From positions 124,001-188,000 of the forward strand of contig JAXLNO010000061.1 in NCBI GenBank assembly GCA_038087875.1: a stretch of DNA of 64,000 nucleotides, in the 5' to 3' direction. Position 1 is the first letter of the stretch, and the number at the start of each line of letters is the position of its first letter. A program made the position numbers and the translations under genes. The notes under the pieces are model-generated. The model saw nothing but the letters and a program-made list of their open reading frames with translations, made no database searches and was not told the DNA's origin. Of this stretch, positions 1-10,295 are shown in pieces. Origin of the DNA: Malacoraja senta. Taxonomy: Eukaryota.

Positions 1-40
1 ATGGCATCCTCCTGCACATATTTTCTATGTTTCTATGTTT
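1..40 (+). mobile_element. CR1 LINE 3' tail
   Basis: ctcctgcacatattttctatgtttctatgttt matches the tails of the CR1 copies ending near 16195, 18199 and 39372. Confidence 0.8.
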
Positions 41-49
41 CAGAGGGGG

Positions 50-860
50 GGGGGGGAGGCGCCGTCCATTTAGGTATGGCTGCCCTGCCTGTCTTTTCAC
101 TTCATTTTTTTATTTTTTGTATGTTAAAATTGTGTTTTGTTTTGGAGGTCTGGTCTTTTTATATGGGTGGTGGGGGGGAAGGGGGAAACTGCTTTTCTAG
201 TCCCTACCTGGTCCAAGAGGCGGCTTTCCTCCAAGCAGCATCTTCGACCCGTCCTCACGGCCTACCTTCGGGTCTGGAGCGGCTTTTCCTGAGGGGACCG
301 GCCAGAAGCATGGTTTCGGCGGCGGCACAGCGCTGGAGCGCTATCGCGGAGCGGGCGATGCCTTGCCCGGGTCACCGCGCCGGAATGCTGAGTTTGCCTA
401 TGAACATCGCGAAGTTGCGTGTCTGTGGAGCGGCCAGCTTTGACATCGCGGAGCCTGGGATCTTTCGCCGAGATCGCCAGTGGTGGAGCTACGTCCAGCA
501 TGGCCTGTTGGCTTCGGAAGTCGCGGTCTCCGGTAAGGATGCGGCCATTCCAGGTATCCCAAGCCGCTGAGAGTGTTCTCCCAACGCCGGAGCACCGTCA
601 CCCGGCGAGAAGGGCCTGAAACATTGGGCCCACCATAGCAGCGACTGCGGAGGCCTCAATAGGCCCGACTATGGGTGGACAAGGGGATGGGGACTGGACT
701 TTGTGCCTTCCCTCACAGTGGGAACCATTGTGGGGTGATGCTTTTATGTTTGATGTTAAATTCCTTTATAATGTTATGTTGTATTATTAATGTGCTGCAA
801 TGGCAACTCGAATTTCACTACACCAATTGGTGTATGTGACAATAAATGAACCTTTGAACT
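50..860 (+). mobile_element. GC-rich non-autonomous retroposon (SINE-like, unclassified)
   Basis: Shares its head/body (e.g. gacccgtcctc..ggc.tacc) and 3' stem-loop plus tgtgacaataaa tail with the copies at 16220-17045(-) and 35255-39533(-). Confidence 0.6.
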
Positions 861-920
861 CTTCTATGATTGAATGGTGGAGCAGACTTGATGGGCCGAA
901 TGGCCTAATTCTACTCCTAT

Positions 921-1024
921 CACTTCGAACTCTCCTCCCACTCGGGCTAGAGCCAATCACTGCTTTTTCCTGCTTCTCTTTGCTGCTGTTTCTTCAAAAT
1001 CCACGGAAGCTCTGAGTTAAGTCT
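921..1024 (-). mobile_element. Isolated CR1 5'UTR monomer fragment
   Basis: Reverse complement of the ~148-bp monomer tandemly repeated at 40716-41135. Confidence 0.75.
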
Positions 1025-1149
1025 GAGTCTGAGACCATTAAAATAGCTCTCAAGACGTCCATTCAATTGGATTTGTTTTGATTATTTTTAATTTCAGAGG
1101 TATTACAATATATAACCCTGCCACCAGCTCTCTCAAAGAGCTCACGTTT

Positions 1150-1710
1150 GGATCTCTCTCGCTCTCTCACTCCCTCTCTCTCACCCTCTAGTCTCGGCAT
1201 TCCCGGAATCATTTGGCGTTTTGCGGTGACGGCTGCATCTGCGGTTCCTTCCCGTTGAGGGTGGGGTGGGGGTGGGTGGGAGTCCTGGCCCATGGCGGCT
1301 CCTGGTCCGTTCCCTCCGCTGGTGCCGCCTGGCCCGCTGAGTTCCTCCAGCACTCTTCTTTTTATTTGGTTCTGGAGTTGAAGGTGGACACAGAGGGCTG
1401 TGGTGGCTCAGCGGGACGGGCGGCGGCTCTGGGGAGTGGGTGGCGTTTCGGGTCGAGACCCTTCTTCAGACAATCACAAGTACTCTCACCGAGAGTTCAG
1501 TTCAGTCTGAAGAAAGGTCTCTCCAGAGTCGCTGCCTGTCCTGCTGAGTTACTCCAGCTTTATGTATATCTTCAATTTCAGAGTTAAATCAAATTTCTCA
1601 CGGGGGCTGATAGCGTCTACCCCTGCCCCCCCCCCCCAGTTCCTTCCCCACCTCAGCCTCACGGGCCTTAGCGTACCCCTAGTTCCTAAAACCCATTTCC
1701 ATCACTCGTC
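1150..1710. mobile_element. Fragment of composite non-autonomous DNA-element interior with Penelope-terminus pieces
   Basis: 1218-1586 matches 56255-56655 in reverse complement; 1150-1228 matches 26355-26466. Confidence 0.6.
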
Positions 1711-2235
1711 CGGCTACAAACGGGAACTTTCTTCACCAAAATTAACTTTTTTTCCCCAAAAACATGTTTCAGCTGAAAATAATTAAATGACTAGCTGTGT
1801 GTTTATTATTCGCAATAAAACCTCGGGTCGATTCTGAAGATGTGTTTCTGATTATTTCATTTTTTTCTGCAGAAATGTTGTTCTACAGAAACTTGAAACC
1901 ACAATTTTAATCACGGGCACAAAAAATGCAAATCCCTGTAGCTTTCCAGTCCTCGTGATAGATTGCTGTACAGAACGTGGTGGACAAAGTTCCACTTGCA
2001 TTGGGGTGATGCATGGAGCAGAACCAGGGAACATGGCAGTGGATGTGCAAATGTGTTTGGCTGCTAGCGATGGGTCGGTTGTGGAAATGCACGACGAGGG
2101 TTAGTTTCGACAGGCACAATAATGACAAAGCACAGCGTTGCTGTTACTCAGGAGAGAGTTGACATTGGAGCAACAAGACATCGACACATATCCCATAGAA
2201 AAACTATTCAGTCGCTAAGCGAACATAAATAACGA

Positions 2236-2570
2236 AGGTAGACACAAAATGCTGGAGTAACTCAGCGGGACAGGCAGCATCTCCGTATTCCTTCTCTCCA
2301 GTGATACTGCCTGAGTTACTCCAGCATTGTGTGTCTACCTTCGATTTAAACCAGCATCTGCAGTTCTTTCCGACACATACTTTTAAAGAACTCCGTATTA
2401 AAACAGTCCATTCAAGTCTGAAGAATGGTCTCGAAATGTCACCTGTCCTTGTTCTCCAGATATGCTGCCTGACCCACAGAGTTGCTCCTGCACTTTGTGA
2501 AACGTAACATTTCCTTGTTCTCCAGATATGCTGCCTGACCCGCTGAGTTACTCCAGTACTTTGTGCTTTT
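2236..2570. repeat. Penelope terminal-derived short repeats (inverted and tandem)
   Basis: gtagacacaaaatgctggagtaactcagc...gcagcatct in both orientations; same sequence as the termini of the GIY-YIG fragments at 33124 and 40300. Confidence 0.7.
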
Positions 2571-3484
2571 GTTGGCATATCCTCAGTAAAGATAAGGTCA
2601 ATGCAAACAACGCAGAAAAACATAATTAGATGCAACCATTTCACTTAGCAGTAGTTTGCAGGAAGCAGATAGAGACAAACCTAGTGCATTTATTCCCACA
2701 GGAACAATCTATCGCTGTATGGTATTTCAAAAACGGCAAGCAGGAACAGACAAGATGGATAACATTGTCAAAGTGCTGATTTACTCATTCTATGAACGGC
2801 CCTTCTTTGTGACGTGGGAATTGGAAGCTTGCGGGAAAGGGGAGAAGTGCGATAGAGAAGGGACGGAAAACAAAAACAATAACAGGGAACCGTAACTTGC
2901 AAAAAGTACAGCATTAATTTCCAATCCGAGGGCTAAGCTAAAAACTCAAAAATGTAAGAAAGGAGAACTGAAATATTGTAACGCGTGTTTCTGGAACGAG
3001 GATAGACACACACAGTTGGAGTAACTCAGTGGGTCAGACAGCATCTCTGTAGAAAAGGAATAGGTAACGTTTCGTGTCGAGACCCTTCATCAAACTGAGA
3101 GGGGAAAGGGGCGGGGTGCGCGCTAGAGAGGGAATGATTCATCAGAGAGGAGGAAAGAGAGAAAGACAAGAGAGAGGAAGATTGAGAGAGAGCACAAACC
3201 GGAGTTACAGAATCCCTCATCAAATACATTTGCTCCTCAGTAACAAAACCTTCAACGATCCAAATGGCACAAACACTTTCATGTTTGTAGCTAAGGTATC
3301 TGTGCCCGCAGAACTTCCATGTAATCACGAGAAGGAGATCTTTAATTAATTTTTGATTACATTGTGAAAATGAAGCAGACTATCAATTGACTAAGTCCCG
3401 ACAGGTTGACTAATTGTTTTGGTTGGTATATTTACTTTCGATGTACAGACTGAAGGTAAAACCCTTGAAGGTACATGGATCATG

Positions 3485-4185
3485 TTAGAGTCACAGAGTC
3501 TGGCATCGTGGAAACAAGCCCTTCTGACCAACTTCCCCAACGGGTTGAAATGCACCGTCTGCACTGGTCCCACCAGCCTGCGTCTGGCCCATAACCCTCC
3601 TATACCAGACCCGGTGCAACCACCTAAACCTGTCCCATACATGTACCAGTCTAAATGTTTCTTCAACGTTGCGATCGTCCATGCCTCAACTACCCCCACC
3701 AGCAGCTCGTTCCATACACCTACCACGTTTCGAGTGAAAACGTTACCCCTCAGGTTCCTATTAAACCTTTTCTCCATCACATTAACGTATCTGGTGTTCG
3801 ATACGCCTACTCTGTGCAAGAGACTGTGCATCTACCCGATATATTCCTTTCATAATTGTGTGCATCACTATAATTTCAATCCCTCATCCTCCTGCGCTCC
3901 AAAGAACAGAGTCCTATCCTGCTCAACTCAGGCTCCCGAGTCCAAGCAACATCCTCGTAATTCCTCTCTGTACCCTTTCCAGCTTAACATCTTTCCTATA
4001 ACACGATGTCCAGAACTGAACACAATATTCTAAATGTGGCCTCATCGATGTCTTATACAACTGCAACGTGTCTTCCCAACTTCTATTCTCAACACTCTGA
4101 CTGATGAAAGCCAATGTACCAAAAGTCTTTTGACCATCATATCTATCTGTGATGCCACATTCAACGAACTATGTACTTGTGTTCA
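3485..4185 (-). mobile_element. CR1 LINE 3' fragment (degenerate ORF2 C-terminus + 3'UTR)
   Basis: [11 protein letters not shown] and VVGVWNEL motifs in minus frames; frameshifted. Confidence 0.85.
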
Positions 4186-4252
4186 CAACATGTCCTAGTT
4201 TTCTTATGAGGGGAAGTGTGGAGCATTTCTAATGTTTCAAGAAATTGGAAAA

Positions 4253-5151
4253 TTACTTCAAAAAACTAAAAAGCAGATTAACGGGGTAAAGCATCGCAAT
4301 CCTGACCTGTTCCCTGAATTTGGTCTGAGTTATTCCATAAATAAAAGTGTTTGTGCAGCAACTAAAAAGCTGCATTACAGTCCCGGCATCCTGTGCCTGA
4401 AAAAGGCGGATGGACGTTTCCAGGTCGGTGTAGAGACAGCGGGTGAGAATGAAGACCAGAGTGGTTGTCGCCCAGCAGACGAGGAAACTCGCCGACAGGG
4501 TGAAGAGTAGAACGATGGATTGTCGTCGGCTCTTCAATTCCGGATCCCGCTGTTTCTCGCGATTTCCCTGCCCTTTGAGTGTCCTGCGAACTTTGCTTGC
4601 TGCCAGGATCGTCCTCACGGTCAGAGTATTGAGGAACAGAATGAGGAAGAAAGGAAGTAGCGGGTTAAAAAGACGATCCACCCAGTAAAACCACTCAAAT
4701 GTATCCGTACTGGGAAGTGCGGGTTTACCAAAGCAAAACCAATTATCGCGCACCCGATAAGATGTTGTTTCCATATACAGAAAATAAAAAGGGATGTTCT
4801 TTAAACAGAACCCGATACCTATGGTACCAATAACCAAATTTGCAATTTTGGGTGTGCAGTATTTTGCCTTTATCGCAGACCAGCAAATGGTCACAAAGCG
4901 ATCGAAAGTAAAAGCGACGGTAAACCACACGGAACAATCTGAAGCAACATGACTCAACGAATAGTGGACAAGGCAGAAGGGAGCGTCGCCCAGGGCACTG
5001 ATCACTCCGTATGATTCAATAATCTGGTACAACAGGACTTCGATAATCACTACCATTAAATCAGCTCCCGCCATCGCCACCAGATAGCGAGTAATACATT
5101 TTGAGAGACCGCACTTTCCCCGACAGAGAATGACGATTGCTAGCAGGTTAA
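4253..5151 (-). CDS. Exon 2 of a probable G-protein coupled receptor 139-like (GPR139/GPR142-like class A 7TM receptor)
   Basis: Open frame from the splice acceptor (ttcccgcAG|TTAAC, AG at 5153-5152) to the stop at 4253. It reads (V)NLLAIVILCRGKCGLSKCITRYLVAMAGADL...FTFDRFVTIC...LLPFFLILFLN...FLVCW...CCTNTFIY. TM1 N, TM2 D, DRF, TM5 P, TM6 W and NTxxY motifs are present, with no stops or frameshifts. Confidence 0.92.
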
Positions 5152-5565
5152 CTGCGGGAAAAGAAAGGAAAATTAAAAATCATAAACCAACAATCAAACG
5201 ATTTTACGAGCAAACGACAACCCTCTGTTAGCTGCCTTAACCCGAAATCACGCCTTAAACGTTACTCGTCCCACTAATTACTTTATAATAGGAACATAAG
5301 GAATATTTGGTATTTTCAAAGCTCTTTGACCATCTCTCAACACGCTGGAATACCAGCGTATTGATCATTCGGTTTAAACCAGCAGTCCCTCCCTTCACAC
5401 TGGTTCAGATGGTAATTGGTACAAGGAGATGTTGGACAAACTTGGATGGTTTTCTCTCGAACGTGGGAGGTTGAGGCAAGACCGCGGATGAAAATAGCAT
5501 CGGATGCGGTGATGTGTAAGATCAGATGCCGTTTCTTTCAAACAAAATGATGAAAAGGCACTTAC

Positions 5566-5620
5566 CCGGGATGCCGATGACTGCAATGAACACGTAACAA
5601 ACATCCCTGTAATCTATCAT
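5566..5620 (-). CDS. Exon 1 of the GPR139-like receptor (MIDYRDVCYVFIAVIGIP + G)
   Basis: ATG at 5620-5618 with an in-frame stop upstream. The donor CCGG|GTAAGT has its GT at 5565-5564. The phase-1, 414-bp intron joins G|TT=Val in frame with exon 2, completing TM1 (IGIPVNLL). Joined CDS is 954 nt, 317 aa. Confidence 0.82.
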
Positions 5621-5703
5621 TGCAGATTGATATTGCAGGCGTTTCTCTGGTCTCCGACTGCCAGACTTTCAAACTCTGATCGCAGATTTCCAAATGTTGC
5701 CAG

Positions 5704-5709
5704 TTTATA
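5704..5709 (-). promoter_or_regulatory. Candidate TATA box of the GPCR gene
   Basis: TATAAA on the minus strand about 85 nt upstream of the ATG, in non-repeat sequence. Position only; no transcript evidence. Confidence 0.35.
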
Positions 5710-6782
5710 ACAGGTCGACTGTGTCAGAGATTACATGCAGGCAAATGTTCCAAAGTACTCTTGGCAAAAGTCACCTTCGTCTAACATGTGAGTCCCGCAT
5801 ACGTTAAACGGGTCTGTCGTTTCCTTTATTCGCACGTTGTTTGTAGTTCTCTGCCTCTGAATAGTTCAGTCTGAAGTATAGTTATAACGGCGAGGTGTCT
5901 CTCATTTATAGAATAACAATATTGATGTACATCTTACACAATACTCAGTGTCATTTACAACGATGAACAGATAGGACAGATGTTATGCTTCCGTGCCCCG
6001 TATCCCTGGAGGAAAGACATGCCTTCATTCACGTTTGTTTGTAACGGTAGTGACCGTTGATTGCCCTTGATTAAATCATCTTCCCCAAGACGATACCACT
6101 TTCATATCACGATTATGTCTCCACAGCAGTGTCACAAATAGTCATGTTAATCCAACGAAACAAGTCGCATTGCCATGTGTTTGTTTCTGATTATCCAAAT
6201 TTAATATGGCTCGTCATTAATTGGTTCTGAAAGAGGTAGTTTTAGAGATTGTGAAGGCGTTAGTTCTGATCTTTCAAGAATCACTAGTCAGGAGTGGTCT
6301 CAGATGACTGGAAAATTGCAAATGTTACTCCGCTGTTCAAGAAGAGAGCAAAGCAGAAACGGGGAAATCCATAGCCTGGCTTCAGTGGTTGGTGAGATTT
6401 TAAAGTCCATTACCAAGAATTACGTTTCTGAGTACTTAGCGGCACATATAAATTGGGCTGAAGTCAGCATGGTTTTGTGAAGGGGATACCTTGGCTGACA
6501 AACCGGTTTGAATTTTTTGAGGAAGTAAATAGCAGGATAGTCAAAGGAAAGTCAGTGCATGTTGTTTATCTGGATTTATCAGAAATCCTCTGATAATATG
6601 CCGCATGTGAGGCTTCTAAAGAAGACGAGAGCCCATGGTATTATAAGGAAGATACTAGCGTGGATAGAATGCAGGCTAAATGACAGAAGGCAACAAGTGG
6701 GAATAAAGGGGGCATTGACTGCCAGGGACTAGTGTTGTTCGATCCTGTGGGATCGTTGTTCTTCACTATGCTATATATTCAC

Positions 6783-7392
6783 TGAGTATAGAAGTTGGGA
6801 TGTGATGTTAAAATTGTACAAGGCATTGGTGAGGCCAATTCTGGAGTATGGAGTACAATTTTGGTCGCCTATTTATATGAAGGATGTCAACAAAATAGAG
6901 AGAGTACAGAGGAGATTTACGAGAATGTTGCCTGGGTTTCAGCAACTAAATTACAGAGAAAGGCTGAACAAGTTAGGTCTTTATTCTTTGGAGCACAGAA
7001 GGTTTAGGGGGGACTTGATAGAGGTCTTTAAAATGATGAGAGGGATAGACAGAGTTGACGTGGATAAGCTTTTCCCATTGAGAGTAGGGAAGATTCAAAC
7101 AAGAGGACATGACTTGAGAATTAAGGGACAGAAGTTTAGGGGTAACATTAGGGGGAACTTCTGTACTCAGAGAGTGGTAGCTGTGTGGAATGAGCTTCCA
7201 GTGGAAGTGGTGGAGGCAGGTTCGATTTTATCCTTTAAAAATAGATTGGATGGGTATATGGACGAGAAAGGAATGGAGGGTTATGGTCTGAGTGCAGGTA
7301 GATGGGACTAGGGGAGAAAAAGTGTTCGGCATGGACTTGAAGGGCCGAGATGGCCTGTTTCCATGCTGTAATTGTTATATGGTTATATGGTT
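6783..7392 (+). mobile_element. CR1 3' fragment, (gttatatg)n-tail subfamily
   Basis: Open 169-aa ORF2 C-terminus 6802-7311; near-identical to 24372-24975(-). Confidence 0.9.
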
Positions 7393-7735
7393 ATGCATAT
7401 CAATGATTTGGATGAGGGAATAAAGGTTTTATGGCCATGTTTGCAGATGATATAAAGATAGGTGGAGGGCAGGTAATGTGGAGAAAGCGGGTTCTCTGCA
7501 AAAGGACTTGGGCAGGTTGGGAGAGTGGGCTGAGGAGTGGCAGATGGAATACAGCATAGCAACGTGTGCAGTCATCCATATTGATAGTCGGAGTAAAGGC
7601 GTAGACTATTTTCTAAATGGGGAGAGGATTGAGAAATCGGAGGTGCAAAGGGACTTGGGAGTGGTGGTGCAGGATTCCCAAAAGATTAATTTGCAAATTG
7701 AATCGGTAGTAAAGACGGCAAGTGCTATGTTAGGA

Positions 7736-7763
7736 CTGAAGAAGGGTCTCGACCAGAAACGTC
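7736..7763 (+). ncRNA. Hammerhead-ribozyme-like core in Penelope-terminus repeat
   Basis: CUGAAGA-AG-GGU-CUCG-ACC-A-GAAAC-GUC. Confidence 0.4.
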
Positions 7764-8857
7764 ACCCATTCCATCACTCCAGAGATGCTGCCTGTCCCGC
7801 TCCAGCATTTTGTGTCTTAATGCAATGTTAGCATTTACTTAGAGAGAACTAGGGAGGTAGACATAAATGCTGGAGAAACTGTGGAGCGTCTATGGAGCGA
7901 AGGAAATAGGCAACATTTCGGGTCGAGACCCTTCTTCAGAATGTCGTTTCGGGTCGAGACCCTTCTTCGGATAAAAATAGGGATGTAATTCCGAGACTTT
8001 ATGAGCCACTGGTCAGACCGTATTTGGAGTATTGTGAGTAGTTATGGTCCCCATATCGGAGGAAGGATGTGCTGGCATTGGAGAAGGTAGAGAGGAAGTT
8101 TACAGGAATGATCTCGGGGATGATTGGGTTAATGTATGATGAACGTTTGACGGCACTCGCTAGAGATTAGAAGGATGAGGGGGCGACCTGGTGCAGGGGG
8201 CAGGGATTTAGATTCTTAGATCACTGGGATCTGTTTTGGAGTAAGGGGGAACTGTACAAAAGGGACGGATTGCATCTTAACAGGTGGGGGATCAGCATTC
8301 TGGCAGGCAGGTTTGCCACTGCTACACGGGTGGTTTTAAACTGAATAAGGGGGAGGGGTATCAAATGGGATAGTCGAGGATGGAGTTAAAGGGAAAGAGA
8401 GTAAAGGGATTGTTAATGATCTCAGAATTAACGGGAAAGGAAGCTCACAAAGGGATAGGAGAGTATGGCCAAGTGTAATAGGGATCGATGTGAAAGGTGA
8501 GATGCGTAAGGAATTAAAATTATTGTATATGAATGCGCGAAGTATAAAAAGTAAAGTAGATGAGCTTGAAGCTCAGTTAGAGGTTGCTAGATATGAAATT
8601 GTGGGGATTACTGAGACGTGGCTGCAGAAGGATCGGACCTGGGAACTTAGTATTCCGGGTTATACATTCTATAGAAAGGACAGGCAGGTGGGCAGAGGAG
8701 GGGGATGGCTCTGCTGGTGAGGGATGGAATTCAGTCCCTTGCAAGGGAAGACATAGGGACTGACGAGGTAGAATCACTGTGGATTGAGTTGAGGAATTGT
8801 AAAGGCAAGAAGACACTAATTGGTGTTATTTACAGGCCCCCAAATAGTAGCCGGGAT

Positions 8858-9303
8858 ACATAGATACATAGAAAATAGGTATCTATTCGAGCCTGCACCA
8901 CCATTCAATATGATCATGGCTGATCATCCAACTCAGTATCCCGTACCTGCCTTCTCTCCATACCCCCTGATCCCTTTAGCCACAAGGGCCACATCTAACT
9001 CCCTCTTAAATATAGCCAATGAACTGGCCTCAACTACCCTCTGTGGCAGAGAGTTCCAGAGATTCACCACTCTCTGTGTGAAAACGTTTTTCCTCATCTC
9101 GGTCTTAAAGGATTTCCCCCTTATCCTTAAGCTGTGACCCTTTGTCCTGGACTTCCCCAACATCGGGAACAATCTTCCTGCATCTAGCCTGTCCAACCCC
9201 ATAAGAATTTTGTACGTTTCTATAAGATCCCCTCTCAATCTCCTAAATTCTAGCGAGTATAAGCCAAGTCTATCCAGTCTTTCTTCATATGAAAGTCCTG
9301 ACA
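8858..9303 (-). mobile_element. Young CR1 3' fragment nested in CR1
   Basis: ORF 8933-9304(-) is nearly identical to 25804-26175; flanked by gggat at 8853-8857 and 9309-9313. Confidence 0.88.
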
Positions 9304-10295
9304 AAACTGGGATGTAGGCTGTATGTTGCAGCAGGAGTTAAAACTGGCATGTAACAAAGGTAATGCCACTGTGGTGATGGGGGATTTCAATATGCAGGTA
9401 GACTGGGAAAATCAGGTTGGTTCAGGACCCCAAGAAAGAGAGTTGTAGAATGCCTCCGAGATGGATCCTTATAGCAGCTTGTAATGGAGCCGACCAGAGA
9501 AAAGACAATTTTGGATTTAGTGTTGTCCAATCAACCAAATATGATAAGAGAACTCGAGGTAAAGGAACCGCTTGGAGGTAGTGATCATAATATGATTAGT
9601 TTTAATCTGCAATTTGAGAAGGAGAACGTTAAATCGGAAGTGGCAGTGATGCAGTTGAACAAAGGGGACTATGAAGGCATGAGAGGGGAGCAGGCCAAAG
9701 TAGACTGGAAAGGGATCCTAGCAGGAATGACGGTGGAACAGCAATGGCAGGAATTTCTGGGCATAATCCGGGAGACGCAGGATCATTTTATTCCAAAAAG
9801 GAAGAAAGATTCTCAGGGGAGTAGGAGGCAACCGTGGCTGACAAGAGAAGTTAGGGATAGAATAAAACTATCTTTGTTCAAGGACAATTTTAAGAGGGAT
9901 GTAGCAACTGAATTTAATAATGCAAATGCTCCCCCAACAGCCAGAGACCTGAGGTATTGGTTGCACCATATGACTCAAAGGTATTAAATAATTTAAAATG
10001 CAAGACGATAAACAAAAGAAATTTGGAGGAATCACATTCTGCAGTTCGAATATAAGGGGTGCTAATGAACCAATTAAAAGGGGTACGATTTTTGCACAAT
10101 TGAAGTCGCTCAATTCGGATATAATATTTCTACAAGAAACTCATTTGAAACTGCAAGCTCAGACTAGATTGAAGGCAAATTGGATAGGCCAAACATACCA
10201 ATCTTCATATACTGTATTTTCAAATCCAGAGGCACAGCAATTATTATTTGCAAAGGTATACCATTTAAATCAAAGAATATCATAATAGATAATGA

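Noticed and set aside
1..619. 189-aa ORF and overlapping ORFs
   Set aside because: Runs through a CR1 tail and a GC-rich repeat; no recognisable domain.
1850..2200. Possible additional exon or second GPCR fragment in non-repeat-looking DNA
   Set aside because: No transmembrane pattern or GPCR motif in the frames I examined.
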